64,000 bases of DNA from Candidatus Dadabacteria bacterium UBA1144 (GCA_002311855.1 DCAB01000012.1:42523-106522), one strand, 5' to 3'. Positions 31,968-43,050 are shown, counted from the stretch's first letter. The notes: generated by a model not told the origin, from the letters alone. Translations and numbers: made by a program.

Positions 31968-33946
31968 TGAGATTTGTATTTTTTTTCTTCTTCGTTTTAA
32001 CAATATGTTTTCTAACGGTAAGTTCAATATCGACAACGAATTGTAAATTAGAAAAAGAAAATCACTTATATTTATCCTATTGTTATGAAAGGAATGGAGA
32101 TTTTGACCTCTCCATCGATAGTCTGGCCAAATTAAATAAAGACAACTTCGATAATGTCGCTGATTTTATTGCCTATAGGAAAATCAAGCTATTATCATCT
32201 TACCAAATTAAATCTAATCAAATACAAGGTGAAATAAATAAATTTAAATTAATTCATAAGAAATCTGTTTTGCTACCAAAAATAGAAATTATTGAAGCGG
32301 AGAGGTTGTTAGCAAAGAAATCATATCAATTTCTTGATAATCATTTGAGAGGTATAGATAAAAAATATAATTTAGAAAATAGCAACAGACTTTATTTTGA
32401 TTTTATCAAAGCAAGAAATTTGGAAAAGCTTAATAATCTTGGCCAATCACTAGAGATATTTAAAAAAATATGGATTAACTATCCCAGATTTAAAACCCAA
32501 TTCGTATCAAAAAAGGTAGATGCTCTTTCTAAGAAATCTAATAAAAAAATTAGTTCTAATGATTTAGAACTGAGGCTAAATTCTCTTTTTAAGAACGGGG
32601 TGTACAAACAATTCATGAAAGAATCAAAGAACGTAAAAGATCCCGGTATAAAAATTATGGTAGCTTTGATAAAAATTAAAAGTCAAAAAAGAAATGAGGG
32701 AAGAGGCATCCTTAAAGATATTTCAGAGGGTGGTTTTAATTCTACAGGTTCGAGTTCCAGAGATTTTGAAATAATTGCTGAATCTTTATATCAATTATCT
32801 ATTGATGATCTAAAAACTTCCGATAATAATTCTAAAATTGCCAGAAATCTAAAATCAATTCTTGAAAAATATCCAAATTATAGCAAAAACGATAACGTAG
32901 CATATCTTTCCGCTAGATTATTTACTTTAGATGAGAATTATTTAGAGTCAAAAGAAGTTTACAATTGGCTAATCAAAACAAAATCAAAAGATTATTTAAA
33001 TGATTCTCTCTGGGGGTTGGGTTGGTCTGAATATATGCTTAAAAATTACGAAAATGCTCTAAATCATTTTTCTTCACTTGAACATTCAAACAAACCTTAT
33101 TATCAATCGAAAGGACTTTACTGGAAAGGAAGGTCCTTAGAAAAGTTAGGCCATCCAAAAAAAGCGATGGATAGCTATATGAAAATACTAGAAAACCACA
33201 AAATTGGTTACTATTCGTACTTGGCATCAATTAAAATTAGCCCAAAATTACGACCAGGGGCAAACAAGGTTAAAAGAGCTCGTTCTGAAAAAAAACATAA
33301 TTTAAAACAAGAAATGAGATTGCTTTTTCTCTCAAAAGATTTAAAAGAATCAAAACAAGAAGTAGAAAGCTATATCGAAAATAGAATTAATTCAACAAAC
33401 TACAAAGATTATTTTAGAGCTCTCGAGTCAGCACAGGAATTTAATATGTTGATTAAATTATCTTATAAGTACCCATCAGAAGATTATTACAAATACCCAA
33501 AGGGATTTACAGATAATATAAAAATCCATTCAAAGAATTATAATCTTGATGCAAATCTTTTATTAGCACTAATCCGTGAAGAAAGCTTATTTGATCCACA
33601 TGCTGTATCCCGTGTTGGCGCAAAGGGCTTAATGCAACTTATGGATTATACTGGAGAGAAAATAAAGAGAGATCTAAATTTAGATAGTAATTCAAATTTT
33701 TTTGACCCTGAATTAAATATCCAAATCGGTACTTATTATCTTGCAAGTCTCATAAAAGAGTTTGACAATAATATTTTTCTTGCCCTTGCAGCTTATAACG
33801 GTGGTCCAAAAAATGTAAAAAAATGGTTAATTCGTTTTGATAACCTTGAAGACGATGAATTTGTCGAGAGTATACCTTTCAAGGAAACACATGGATATGT
33901 CAAGAGAGTTTTAAGAAGCTACTTTTATTACGCGCTCGATTCGTAA
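31967..33946 (+). CDS. soluble lytic murein transglycosylase (Slt family)
   Basis: 659 aa; signal peptide; long superhelical N-terminal domain; C-terminal SLT domain ...LIREESLFDPHAVSRVGAKGLMQLM...AYNGGP. Confidence 0.8.
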   Translation: MRFVFFFFFVLTICFLTVSSISTTNCKLEKENHLYLSYCYERNGDFDLSIDSLAKLNKDNFDNVADFIAYRKIKLLSSYQIKSNQIQGEINKFKLIHKKSVLLPKIEIIEAERLLAKKSYQFLDNHLRGIDKKYNLENSNRLYFDFIKARNLEKLNNLGQSLEIFKKIWINYPRFKTQFVSKKVDALSKKSNKKISSNDLELRLNSLFKNGVYKQFMKESKNVKDPGIKIMVALIKIKSQKRNEGRGILKDISEGGFNSTGSSSRDFEIIAESLYQLSIDDLKTSDNNSKIARNLKSILEKYPNYSKNDNVAYLSARLFTLDENYLESKEVYNWLIKTKSKDYLNDSLWGLGWSEYMLKNYENALNHFSSLEHSNKPYYQSKGLYWKGRSLEKLGHPKKAMDSYMKILENHKIGYYSYLASIKISPKLRPGANKVKRARSEKKHNLKQEMRLLFLSKDLKESKQEVESYIENRINSTNYKDYFRALESAQEFNMLIKLSYKYPSEDYYKYPKGFTDNIKIHSKNYNLDANLLLALIREESLFDPHAVSRVGAKGLMQLMDYTGEKIKRDLNLDSNSNFFDPELNIQIGTYYLASLIKEFDNNIFLALAAYNGGPKNVKKWLIRFDNLEDDEFVESIPFKETHGYVKRVLRSYFYYALDS

Positions 33947-33954
33947 ATACTAAA

Positions 33955-34563
33955 TCAAATCTTGCAAAAATTTTTTAATATATTCAATCCTAAATCACTA
34001 CTTTTTTCTGGGTGGAATTGTGTAGCATATACATTCTCAAAACTGATAGAGGAGCCGAATTCATCACCATAGGAAGATGTTGTGTCTATTATATCTAAAT
34101 CTAGATTAAGTTTATAAGAATGAACAAAGTAAACCCAAGATCCATCTTCAATGTCTTTGAATAATTTAGATTTTCTTCTTATCTTGATTTGATTCCATCC
34201 CATATGAGGTACTTTTAATTTGTTTTTACTGAAATTCATTCGACTTATATGCCCCTGAAAAATTGATAGACCTTCAACGCCAGGACTTTCTTCGCTACTT
34301 TCAAAAAGAATTTGTAATCCCAAACAAATTCCTAGGAACGGTTTGCCGTTTTTGATCGATTTTTTTATTGCTTCTGCCAATCCTTTGTCATGAAGATTTT
34401 GTACGCAATCTCCAAAAGCTCCGACTCCAGGAAAAATTAGCGAGCTGGCATTATCAATGTCCTTAATAGAATCAGTAATTCTTGATTCAAAACCTAGCAA
34501 TGAGAGGGCTTTTTTTACAGATTTCAAATTTCCGTGACCATAGTCAATTATCGCTATCATCAA
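33955..34563 (-). CDS. hisH: imidazole glycerol phosphate synthase, glutamine amidotransferase subunit
   Basis: 202 aa; MIAIIDYGHGNLKSV N-terminus; catalytic Cys in GICLGLQ. Confidence 0.92.
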   Translation of the reverse strand: MMIAIIDYGHGNLKSVKKALSLLGFESRITDSIKDIDNASSLIFPGVGAFGDCVQNLHDKGLAEAIKKSIKNGKPFLGICLGLQILFESSEESPGVEGLSIFQGHISRMNFSKNKLKVPHMGWNQIKIRRKSKLFKDIEDGSWVYFVHSYKLNLDLDIIDTTSSYGDEFGSSISFENVYATQFHPEKSSDLGLNILKNFCKI

Positions 34564-35147
34564 AGATTGCCTTTTGTTGATGGAATTGAATCAGATCTTG
34601 AGTCAATTGAAGTTGCATAATCAAGAGATTTTGCGACAGATTTAAATATCGATTCAATAATGTGATGACTATTTGCACCATATTCCAGTTCAATATGTAT
34701 ATTGGCTTTTATATTATTGGTAAATGATTGAAAAAATTCTTTTGTTAATTCAACATCGAATTCTCCAACCTTTGGAGTCGGAAGTTGAACATTGAAAATC
34801 AAAAAAGGCCTACCACTTAAATCTACATGAGAAGACGATAGAGTTTCATCAAAAGTAACAAAACTTGACCCATATCTTTTAATAGATTTCTTTTCTCCTA
34901 AAGCTTTGTCGAATGCTTGCCCCAAGGCAATGCCAACATCTTCAACAGTATGGTGAAAATCTATTTCGGTATCGCCAATCGCTTTAATTTTTAAATCAAA
35001 ATATCCGTGTTTCGATAATTGCTCAAGCATGTGATCAAAAAAAGGTATACCAGTATCGATATCATACTTTCCAGTACCATCAACATTCAAATGTATTGCC
35101 ACATCAACCTCGGTTGTTTTTCTTTTTACACTAGCAGATCTACTCAT
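34560..35147 (-). CDS. hisB: imidazoleglycerol-phosphate dehydratase
   Basis: 195 aa; conserved IGPD motifs (RKTTEVDV..., ...HHIIESIFKSVAKSL). Confidence 0.92.
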   Translation of the reverse strand: MSRSASVKRKTTEVDVAIHLNVDGTGKYDIDTGIPFFDHMLEQLSKHGYFDLKIKAIGDTEIDFHHTVEDVGIALGQAFDKALGEKKSIKRYGSSFVTFDETLSSSHVDLSGRPFLIFNVQLPTPKVGEFDVELTKEFFQSFTNNIKANIHIELEYGANSHHIIESIFKSVAKSLDYATSIDSRSDSIPSTKGNL

Positions 35148-35189
35148 GGTTTGATGTTAAACGAAAAAATATTAATATTCAATTTGAAG

Positions 35190-36167
35190 TCAAAGATCAT
35201 GTTCGTCCTCTATTTCACCTAGTATTTCTTCCAATATATCTTCAACAGTAACGATTCCCAATGCATCTTCTGGAGTTCCTACGACTGCAAGACTTAATCT
35301 GGATTCTTTAAGCTCGTCTAGCAACTTAGAAACTAAATGATCTTTTTTTACAAAAAAACAATCGGCTAGAAAGTTAGCTATGGGCTCATCTCCTTTTTTA
35401 TCTAGAAGATAGAACGAATGGATAATTCCTTTGATTTTATTCTTGCTACCATCATATATTGGTAATCTTGAAAATCCTGTTTGTTTAATTAATTTTTTGG
35501 CATCATTCACGTTTTTATTCAAATCAATTGAGGTCACGCCATGAATTGGGATCATTATATCTTTAACCGTAATTTTATCGAATAAGAATATTTTGTTTAA
35601 TATTGTATCCCTGAATTGTTGAGAAGAGTCTTCTAAAGCCGATCCCGTTTCCAGTACATGGATGAGCTCTTCTCTTGTAATCAACTTGCTTTTTGTTCCA
35701 ATCATCTTAACAATTAATCCGGTCAAAAATCTAACAAGAAAAAGAAATGGTTTAAACAAATAACTAAAAATCAATGAAAAGTATATTGTCTTGAGTACGA
35801 AAGAATTACTTTGCTTCTGAAAGATGGATTTGGGTACTACTTGTCCAAATATTACGATGAGAGGCGTCAAGATAACAACAGAGAGCAAATGAGGGTCGTA
35901 CTGAGGATATGTGTTCTGTATAAATGAAGAGACAAGTACAGTATTAATAACAATACACAAATTTTCTCCAACAAGACTCGTTGACACATATTCTTCTATC
36001 TTGTTGATCGAATTCATTACCAATTTCGCTGATGGCAGACCTTGATCAGCCTTAGATCTTATTTTACCTTTATCACAAGATAAAAGAGATATTTCTGCGC
36101 CAGCAAACATAGCCTGAAAAATCAACAATATCAAAGTTATAATAGGTAATGTAAAAAGATTAATCAT
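35190..36167 (-). CDS. DUF21-CBS (CNNM/HlyC-type) membrane protein, short form
   Basis: 325 aa; N-terminal DUF21 TM domain plus CBS pair; ends EDEHDL without a CorC_HlyC domain. Confidence 0.7.
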   Translation of the reverse strand: MINLFTLPIITLILLIFQAMFAGAEISLLSCDKGKIRSKADQGLPSAKLVMNSINKIEEYVSTSLVGENLCIVINTVLVSSFIQNTYPQYDPHLLSVVILTPLIVIFGQVVPKSIFQKQSNSFVLKTIYFSLIFSYLFKPFLFLVRFLTGLIVKMIGTKSKLITREELIHVLETGSALEDSSQQFRDTILNKIFLFDKITVKDIMIPIHGVTSIDLNKNVNDAKKLIKQTGFSRLPIYDGSKNKIKGIIHSFYLLDKKGDEPIANFLADCFFVKKDHLVSKLLDELKESRLSLAVVGTPEDALGIVTVEDILEEILGEIEDEHDL

Positions 36168-37473
36168 TAATTATTCTCTCCGCAGAAATTCTTGTGATTC
36201 TATTGTCTTTTATCTCCTCAACAGTTAGTTTTAGATTGCCATTTAAAATAAATTCTCCTTTTTTTGGCAGTCTACCGAGTTGATTAAAAACAAATCCTCC
36301 CATAGTTTCTATTCCTAAATCTTCAGATATAAAGGATCTATTAATCTCATTTGATATTTGATTAACCCCCGCGTATCTTAACACCCCAAACAGACAAGCT
36401 TCATTGAACTCACCAATTCTAGTTCCACCATCTAAATACAAAACACCATTTTTAAAAATCATCGGAGCTTCACTTACATCTTTTTCGTCTTCAATCTCTC
36501 CGAATATCTCCTCTATTATGTCTTCAAGTGTAACGATCCCCTCAAGTCTTCCATATTCATCAATAACTATAGCCATATGTCGTTTCATAACTTGCAGTTC
36601 TCTCAATAATTCAAGAGCATTTTTTTTATCAGGAACAAAATAAGGTTCTCGCAAAATCGAATAAATTTCTGAAGATTCATGCGTTAATAAATCTTTTGAA
36701 TGAAGAATGCCAACTATATTGTCCGAATCACCATCATAAACTGGGATCCTAGAAAATCCTTTATTTTTTATTTTGATTAATGCTTCTTGATTTGTAATCG
36801 TGCTTGGCAGAAGAAACAAATCTGGCTCTGGAATTAGAATTTTAACTAGATTAATCTTTTCTAGTTTCAAAAGATTGTCTATTATCTTGCTCTCACTTTT
36901 TTTAACAGATCCCTCATCTTCACCGATATCAATCAAACTAGGGATATTTTTAACCGAGTCATGGTGCGAGGGTGTTGATGGACTTGAAGTTGGACTAAAA
37001 AGTTTAATTAGAAATCTAGACAATCCATCAAAGAAAAGGGTTAAAGGGAACATTACTTTATTTAAAAAATAAACCGGCGGGGCAACAATAATTGAAATCT
37101 TTCTGGAAAATTTTACGCCGATAGTTTTAGGAATAATTTCACAAAATATTAAGATTATTATTGATGCAACAAATATAGTTACTATTGAAATTAATTCATC
37201 AGATATTGTTCCAATAAATAAATTATTTAATTTGGATGAAAGTAAGCTTATTATAGTTACATTTAAAATTTCGTCTGCCAACAATATCGTCGCTATAATT
37301 GACGCTGGATTCTTAACAAATCCTTCCAGGATATTCCCGATCGAGGATTTCTTCTTAATCAAATCTATTTGATATCTTTGTAGAGAAAAAATAGAACTTT
37401 CCGTAATTGAGAAAAAAGCGGACAAGAGGATAAGACCAAATATTAAAATTATAAAAAAATAATATTCGCTCAT
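36160..37473 (-). CDS. DUF21-CBS-CorC_HlyC (hemolysin/CorC family) membrane protein
   Basis: 437 aa; DUF21 TM domain, CBS pair, C-terminal transporter-associated domain; overlaps the downstream paralogue by 8 nt. Confidence 0.75.
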   Translation of the reverse strand: MSEYYFFIILIFGLILLSAFFSITESSIFSLQRYQIDLIKKKSSIGNILEGFVKNPASIIATILLADEILNVTIISLLSSKLNNLFIGTISDELISIVTIFVASIIILIFCEIIPKTIGVKFSRKISIIVAPPVYFLNKVMFPLTLFFDGLSRFLIKLFSPTSSPSTPSHHDSVKNIPSLIDIGEDEGSVKKSESKIIDNLLKLEKINLVKILIPEPDLFLLPSTITNQEALIKIKNKGFSRIPVYDGDSDNIVGILHSKDLLTHESSEIYSILREPYFVPDKKNALELLRELQVMKRHMAIVIDEYGRLEGIVTLEDIIEEIFGEIEDEKDVSEAPMIFKNGVLYLDGGTRIGEFNEACLFGVLRYAGVNQISNEINRSFISEDLGIETMGGFVFNQLGRLPKKGEFILNGNLKLTVEEIKDNRITRISAERIIND

Positions 37474-38457
37474 TTAAAACTTATGAATAAAACCATCTGG
37501 TTTTAAAATTTTATTTTTACCTCCCATCTCTAGAATAATTTTACTTCCATTAACGACCTCGCCAATTCTAAAAATTCTAAATTTTCTAATTTTTGCCAAC
37601 CTTTCAAATTTTTGATAAAACTTTCTATTCACAGTAAACATTAATTCGTAATCATCTCCCCCATGCAAAACATATTGTTCGACATGTTTTTCATATGGCT
37701 TCTTTATTGCTATTTTTGATTTAGGTATATTTTCCCAAATCACTTTTGCTCCTAATTTATTCTTATTTAGATTAATAAGTCTACTAAGATCTATTGAAAG
37801 ACCATCTGTTATATCTATCATAGAAGACACATAGTCGAGTTGTCCCAAAAATTCTCCCAGTTTTATTTTTGGGTTAGGATTTTTGTATTTTGCGACTAAT
37901 TTTCTTTCTTCGATATTTTGCAAATTATTTCTTTTTTTATTTAAAATATGTAGTCCAAGGGAAGCATCACCAATATTACCAGAAACATATATAAAATCAC
38001 CGTTAGTACATTTTCCTCTTTCTTTATACTTATTCTTTTTTAGTTCCCCTATAACAGTTACATCAATAATTAAAGAGTCTGATCTTGATATATTCCCCCC
38101 GATTAAAGAAATCTTGAATTTCTTTGAAGTTTTTTTAAATCCACTAAAGAGTCTAGTAACAAATTTCTTAGTTATGCCTCGTGGCAGAAAAAGAGAATTC
38201 AGAAAGAACATTGGTATCGCACCCATTGCTGATATATCACTAACAGCCACCGCAAGAGAGCGTGAAGAAATTTCCTCAGGTGTAAATTTTTTTCTAGTAA
38301 AATGTATGTTCTCAACAAGCGAATCACAGGAAACAACAATTTGATTATCTTTTATCTTGCAAATAGCTGAATCATCACCTATTTCAGTAGAAAATCTTTT
38401 AGATTTAAGCGGGAATCTCTTTTTTATCATTGATTCGATGTAAATTTCATCAAGCAT
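37474..38457 (-). CDS. thiL: thiamine-monophosphate kinase
   Basis: 327 aa; AIR-synthase-related fold with IGDDSAI...D.LVENIHF N-terminal motif. Confidence 0.8.
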   Translation of the reverse strand: MLDEIYIESMIKKRFPLKSKRFSTEIGDDSAICKIKDNQIVVSCDSLVENIHFTRKKFTPEEISSRSLAVAVSDISAMGAIPMFFLNSLFLPRGITKKFVTRLFSGFKKTSKKFKISLIGGNISRSDSLIIDVTVIGELKKNKYKERGKCTNGDFIYVSGNIGDASLGLHILNKKRNNLQNIEERKLVAKYKNPNPKIKLGEFLGQLDYVSSMIDITDGLSIDLSRLINLNKNKLGAKVIWENIPKSKIAIKKPYEKHVEQYVLHGGDDYELMFTVNRKFYQKFERLAKIRKFRIFRIGEVVNGSKIILEMGGKNKILKPDGFIHKF

Positions 38458-38477
38458 TTTTAAGATGTTGTAAAGTA

Positions 38478-39662
38478 TTATACAATATACGGGCCTAAAA
38501 CATTAAACAAATTATCAATCAGTTCTTTTCTTGAGTTATACCCCATGATTCCGATTCTCCATATTTTTCCCTTTGTGTGGCCCAATCCACCTCCAATTTC
38601 AATATTATGCTTTGATAATAAATTTTTTCTAAAACTAGAATCATCTATTCCCTGAGGAATGAAAATTGATTTCAGCATCGGGAGTGAGCCGTATTTTGTT
38701 TTATCAACAAAAGGCATAATTCCCATCTCTTGTAATTTTAAATCGAAATAGTCTCCATTTTCTTTATGTCTAGTAAATCTATTTTGAAGACCCTCTTCAT
38801 GACAAATTTTCAATCCTTCATGTAAAGCAAATAACATATTGACCGGTGCCGTATGATGATATATTCTCTCAGATCCCCAATAGTTCATTAACATATTAAG
38901 ATCTAAGTACCATGACGGAATCTTTGTGTTTCTACGTTTAATTTTCTTTAATGCCTTATCACTAAAAGTTATCGGAGAAAGTCCAGGGGGGACGCTCAAA
39001 CATTTTTGAGTTCCAGAATAACATACATCTATTCCCCAATCATCTGTCTGAATTTCAACACCGGAGAGAGAAGTGACCGTGTCAACAATAAAAATAATAT
39101 CCGTATTTTTCAGATATTCTCCAATATAATTTAAATCTTGAAGAATTCCCGTGGAAGTTTCCGCATGTACAATTGATACAGCTTTTAGATTACTTATAGA
39201 TTTAATTTTCTTTATGACATCTTCTTGATTAAAGGATTTTCCCCAATCAACATTCATTTCAATTATGTCAGCACCATATCTTGAAGCAACATCAGACATT
39301 CTTTCACCAAAGACACCGTTTTTAAGAACTAGAATTCTATCATTTTCTTCTAATATATTTGCCATAGACATTTCCATACCTGAACTACCTGTTCCTGAAA
39401 TCGCAAATGTAGTACTATTCTCAGTTTGAAAAATTTTTCTTAATAATTCCGAAATATTATCAAGTATGATAAAAAAATCCGGATCTAAGTGACTCATAGG
39501 TTCTCTAGAAAGTGCCATCTTGACTCTTTCGTCTATATTCGTTGGCCCAGGGCCTAAAAGAATTTTATCAACCGGTTTGGTTCGAGACGAATCATCTATT
39601 GTATCTTTTGGGCTCATTAAAGAATTATAATTAATTTTTTCAACTCTTGGTATATTAATCAA
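38478..39662 (-). CDS. class V aminotransferase (serine--glyoxylate / alanine--glyoxylate aminotransferase family)
   Basis: 394 aa; LLGPGPTN N-terminal motif; PLP-lysine region SGTQKCLSVPPGLSPITFSDKA. Confidence 0.8.
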   Translation of the reverse strand: MINIPRVEKINYNSLMSPKDTIDDSSRTKPVDKILLGPGPTNIDERVKMALSREPMSHLDPDFFIILDNISELLRKIFQTENSTTFAISGTGSSGMEMSMANILEENDRILVLKNGVFGERMSDVASRYGADIIEMNVDWGKSFNQEDVIKKIKSISNLKAVSIVHAETSTGILQDLNYIGEYLKNTDIIFIVDTVTSLSGVEIQTDDWGIDVCYSGTQKCLSVPPGLSPITFSDKALKKIKRRNTKIPSWYLDLNMLMNYWGSERIYHHTAPVNMLFALHEGLKICHEEGLQNRFTRHKENGDYFDLKLQEMGIMPFVDKTKYGSLPMLKSIFIPQGIDDSSFRKNLLSKHNIEIGGGLGHTKGKIWRIGIMGYNSRKELIDNLFNVLGPYIV

Positions 39663-40443
39663 CTAAAAAATTTAACACTTCTTCGTTCACAAGAGTTTTA
39701 TTTTCTTTCCAAAATCCATGCCCACCAGGGAACCCTATAACTTGGCACCACTTTACAAATTTGGCCATTTCGATAGATTTCTTTGGTGCAACTATTAAAT
39801 CATTTTTTCCATAAATTATGAGAGTTTTGGATTTTATTTTTTTTAAGTACTTAATATTATCTAACGATTCAATTGCATTGCACTGATTCAGATAACCATC
39901 TATATAGCTTTTGTTATTTTCGACTTTATTTTTTTTATAATCAGAGAAATTGCTTTCAACATATTCTCTTGAATATCCTAAAAGCAAAGCATTAAACCAA
40001 ATTTCTTTCAAACCAACATTTGATGCTATTTTTTTAGAAACGGATATTAGTTCTTTTCCGATTTTGTCTCTTGAGGCACATGTACATGCAAGAACCAATT
40101 TGTTAACTCTCTTAGGATATTTTGAGGCAAAAACTTGAGCTATCATTCCACCCATCGATTTCCCAACAACATGTGCAGATGGCAAATCCAATTTGCTCAT
40201 TATTTCATAACAATTTTCGGCAAAAATTTCCATTGAATAATTAATTTGAGGTTTAGCGCTTTTACCGGATCCCAAATTATCAAAGGTCAATATAGAAAAA
40301 TGGTTTTTATAATATTCAACTTGATCTTCCCAGCTTGATATCGTACTCCCGAGTCCACCGATGAAAAAAACATAAGGTTTGTTACTTTTTCTTTTTATTG
40401 AATAATTTATCTTTCCAAGTTTGGTTTTTAAATATGGAATCAC
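39655..40443 (-). CDS. alpha/beta-fold hydrolase
   Basis: 262 aa; nucleophile elbow GKSMGG; HGG-like oxyanion region FFIGGLGST. Confidence 0.7.
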   Translation of the reverse strand: MIPYLKTKLGKINYSIKRKSNKPYVFFIGGLGSTISSWEDQVEYYKNHFSILTFDNLGSGKSAKPQINYSMEIFAENCYEIMSKLDLPSAHVVGKSMGGMIAQVFASKYPKRVNKLVLACTCASRDKIGKELISVSKKIASNVGLKEIWFNALLLGYSREYVESNFSDYKKNKVENNKSYIDGYLNQCNAIESLDNIKYLKKIKSKTLIIYGKNDLIVAPKKSIEMAKFVKWCQVIGFPGGHGFWKENKTLVNEEVLNFLVD

Positions 40444-40850
40444 AGACTCCTCAGATAACTATCAATAATTAGACAGGCCGAAAGCATATCTTGATAATTT
40501 CTTCTTTTTTTTCTAGAAATGTTCATCTTTATCAATATTTCATCAGCCTCTTTTGAAGTAAAATTTTCATTCCAATACTTAATTTTTGTATTGGTCTTTA
40601 ATTTAAGTTCATTATAAAAATTTTCAATGTGATTCTGTATTTTTAATTTGCCATCATCCTTAAATGGAAGACCTATCAAGATAAGCTTAGGTTTCCTCTC
40701 ATCTATAATACCAATTAGTTCTTCAATATGACTTCTATCGTTTTTGTTAATTATAAGTTTTATTGGGTGGCTAGAAATTTCTAAATCATCTGTGCCAGCT
40801 ACTCCAATTCTTTTTAATCCAAAATCAATGGCTAAGATACTCATTGTCAA
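40440..40850 (-). CDS. ruvX: Holliday-junction resolvase-like RuvX/YqgF
   Basis: 136 aa; ILAIDFGLKRIGVA N-terminus typical of YqgF. Confidence 0.85.
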   Translation of the reverse strand: MTMSILAIDFGLKRIGVAGTDDLEISSHPIKLIINKNDRSHIEELIGIIDERKPKLILIGLPFKDDGKLKIQNHIENFYNELKLKTNTKIKYWNENFTSKEADEILIKMNISRKKRRNYQDMLSACLIIDSYLRSL

Positions 40851-41033
40851 CTATATTTATATTATATAATAATGTTTAATTATTTATATTTTTGTCATAT
40901 TGATATCTGATTCGGTACAATATATTTAATCTCTATTATCTAAGAGATTATTCCTATTTAATACATAAGAAATTTCTAATAAAATTATCTAACTCTCAGT
41001 TTATGATAAAATAACTTAAGATTTATTTTTAAA

Positions 41034-42398
41034 ATGAGTGTTGTTACAAGATTTGCCCCTAGCCCAACTGGTTCACTTCATTTAGGAGCAGTAAGGACGG
41101 CTATATTTAATTTTCTTTATGCAAGACAAAATTCAGGAAAAATAATATTGAGAATTGAGGACACCGATCAAGAACGGTCTACTTCCGATTCTCTGAATGA
41201 AATAATATCATCCCTAGAGTGGTTAGGCATCAATTGGGACGAAGGTCCGTATCTGCAATCAGAAAGACTGGATATCTACAGAGAACATGCAGAAATTCTG
41301 GTGGATAAAGATTTGGCATATAAATGTTTTATGACAACTGAAGAAATCAATCAGCTGAAAGAAAGAGCCTTAAGAGAAAATAAGATTTATAAATATCCAG
41401 GAACATGGAGAAATCGGAGTGACCATCCAAAGAATGCTGAATTCGTTATACGATTTAAAACTCCCAAATCTAAACAGATCAAATTTGTTGATTCATTAAG
41501 AGGACAGATCAATATAGATTCAAGCAATATAGAGGATTTTATTGTTCTAAAAAGCAATGGTTTTCCGACATATAACTTTGCCTCTGTTGTAGATGACGCA
41601 GAAATGAATGTTACCAACATCATAAGAGGGGAAGATCATCTTTCAAATACCCCTAAACAGATTCTTATATTTGAAGCAATTAACAAGAAAATACCCATAT
41701 TTACGCATGTATCAATGATGCTTGGTAAAGACAAAACGAAATTAAGTAAAAGGCATGGCGCCGAATCGATAAACAATTTTAAAAAATCAGGATATTTATC
41801 AATTTCAATGATAAATTATCTGGCTAGGCTTGGTTGGTCGCATGGAAATCAAGAAATCTTCAGTCTAAAAGAAATGATTAGTTTATTTTCTCTTAGCAAT
41901 CTAAGTAAATCACCTGCTATATTTGATACAGAAAAACTAAGTTGGGTAAATACGTCGCACATTAAGATATCTGATAATAATTATTTGAAAAAATTATTAG
42001 AACTCAAATTTTATGAAGAAATTGATGTTAATTTGGCAATTCAATGTGCAAAGGAGAAATCAAAAGATTTAAATTTATTAAAAGAATCTCTTAAATTTTG
42101 TGAGAACGAATACGCAGATATCAACGATAAATTAAAATCTGAAATCTACAAGGATAATGGAATTGATTTGGTTAAAAAATTTTCTCGTGAATTGAAATCT
42201 CTAGAGAAATTCACCAAGGAAAGTATTAAAAATCTGTTTGATAATTTTTTGGAAAAAAATAATATAAAATTGAAAAACATAGCTTCACCATTAAGAATTA
42301 TTCTAACAGGGAGCAAAGTCTCTCCAGGAATATATGAAGTTATACAAATTCTGGGGAAGAATTTAACATTAAAAAGAATTAAATATTTTCTTTCATGA
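41034..42398 (+). CDS. gltX: glutamyl-tRNA synthetase
   Basis: 454 aa; HIGH-region PSPTGSLHLGAVRTA; KMSKS-region KLSKRHG. Confidence 0.93.
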   Translation: MSVVTRFAPSPTGSLHLGAVRTAIFNFLYARQNSGKIILRIEDTDQERSTSDSLNEIISSLEWLGINWDEGPYLQSERLDIYREHAEILVDKDLAYKCFMTTEEINQLKERALRENKIYKYPGTWRNRSDHPKNAEFVIRFKTPKSKQIKFVDSLRGQINIDSSNIEDFIVLKSNGFPTYNFASVVDDAEMNVTNIIRGEDHLSNTPKQILIFEAINKKIPIFTHVSMMLGKDKTKLSKRHGAESINNFKKSGYLSISMINYLARLGWSHGNQEIFSLKEMISLFSLSNLSKSPAIFDTEKLSWVNTSHIKISDNNYLKKLLELKFYEEIDVNLAIQCAKEKSKDLNLLKESLKFCENEYADINDKLKSEIYKDNGIDLVKKFSRELKSLEKFTKESIKNLFDNFLEKNNIKLKNIASPLRIILTGSKVSPGIYEVIQILGKNLTLKRIKYFLS

Positions 42399-43009
42399 AA
42401 AAAAAAATAAGAATGGTATCAATTGGAATTTCGGGTATGATGGGAAGCGGAAAATCTGAAGCACTTAAATTTTTTAGAAACCGAAAAATACCCTCGGTTG
42501 ATCTTGATTTAGAATCAAAAAAACTTATAAAAAAGGACACACTTTGTTACAAAAAAATAATAAGAAAATTTGGTTATGCAATATTAAATAAAAATTTAAC
42601 TATAAATAGAAAAAAACTAAGAGAAATAATTTTCAACAGTGAACAAAAAAGAATGGAGCTTAATAATATAGTTCACCCCGAATTAATTAAAAGAGTCAAA
42701 GCAATCTCTAAAGCCAATTTAATCAAAGGAAAAACAATGGTTGTTTTTGAAGGAGCCCTGATTTCAAAGAAGACGAAGATGGGTTCTCGTTTGGATAAAA
42801 TCATTTTTATCGATTCTCCAAAAAAACTTTTAATCAAAAGAATTGTGAAACGATATAGCATAGACGAAAAATCTGCAATAAAATTATTAAATACCCAGAA
42901 AAATATTAAAAAAAATCGTAATAGTGCCGATTTTATTATTAATAACGATAAAACGCTAAACAAACTCAATAAACAATTACATCTGATACTGGATAAATTG
43001 TCTCATTAG
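42395..43009 (+). CDS. coaE: dephospho-CoA kinase
   Basis: 204 aa; P-loop GISGMMGSGKS; IVHP motif; overlaps the gltX stop by 4 nt. Confidence 0.85.
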   Translation: MKKKIRMVSIGISGMMGSGKSEALKFFRNRKIPSVDLDLESKKLIKKDTLCYKKIIRKFGYAILNKNLTINRKKLREIIFNSEQKRMELNNIVHPELIKRVKAISKANLIKGKTMVVFEGALISKKTKMGSRLDKIIFIDSPKKLLIKRIVKRYSIDEKSAIKLLNTQKNIKKNRNSADFIINNDKTLNKLNKQLHLILDKLSH

Positions 43010-43050
43010 AATATAATTTTATAGTTAATATTAAGAAGTATTCTTAAAAA

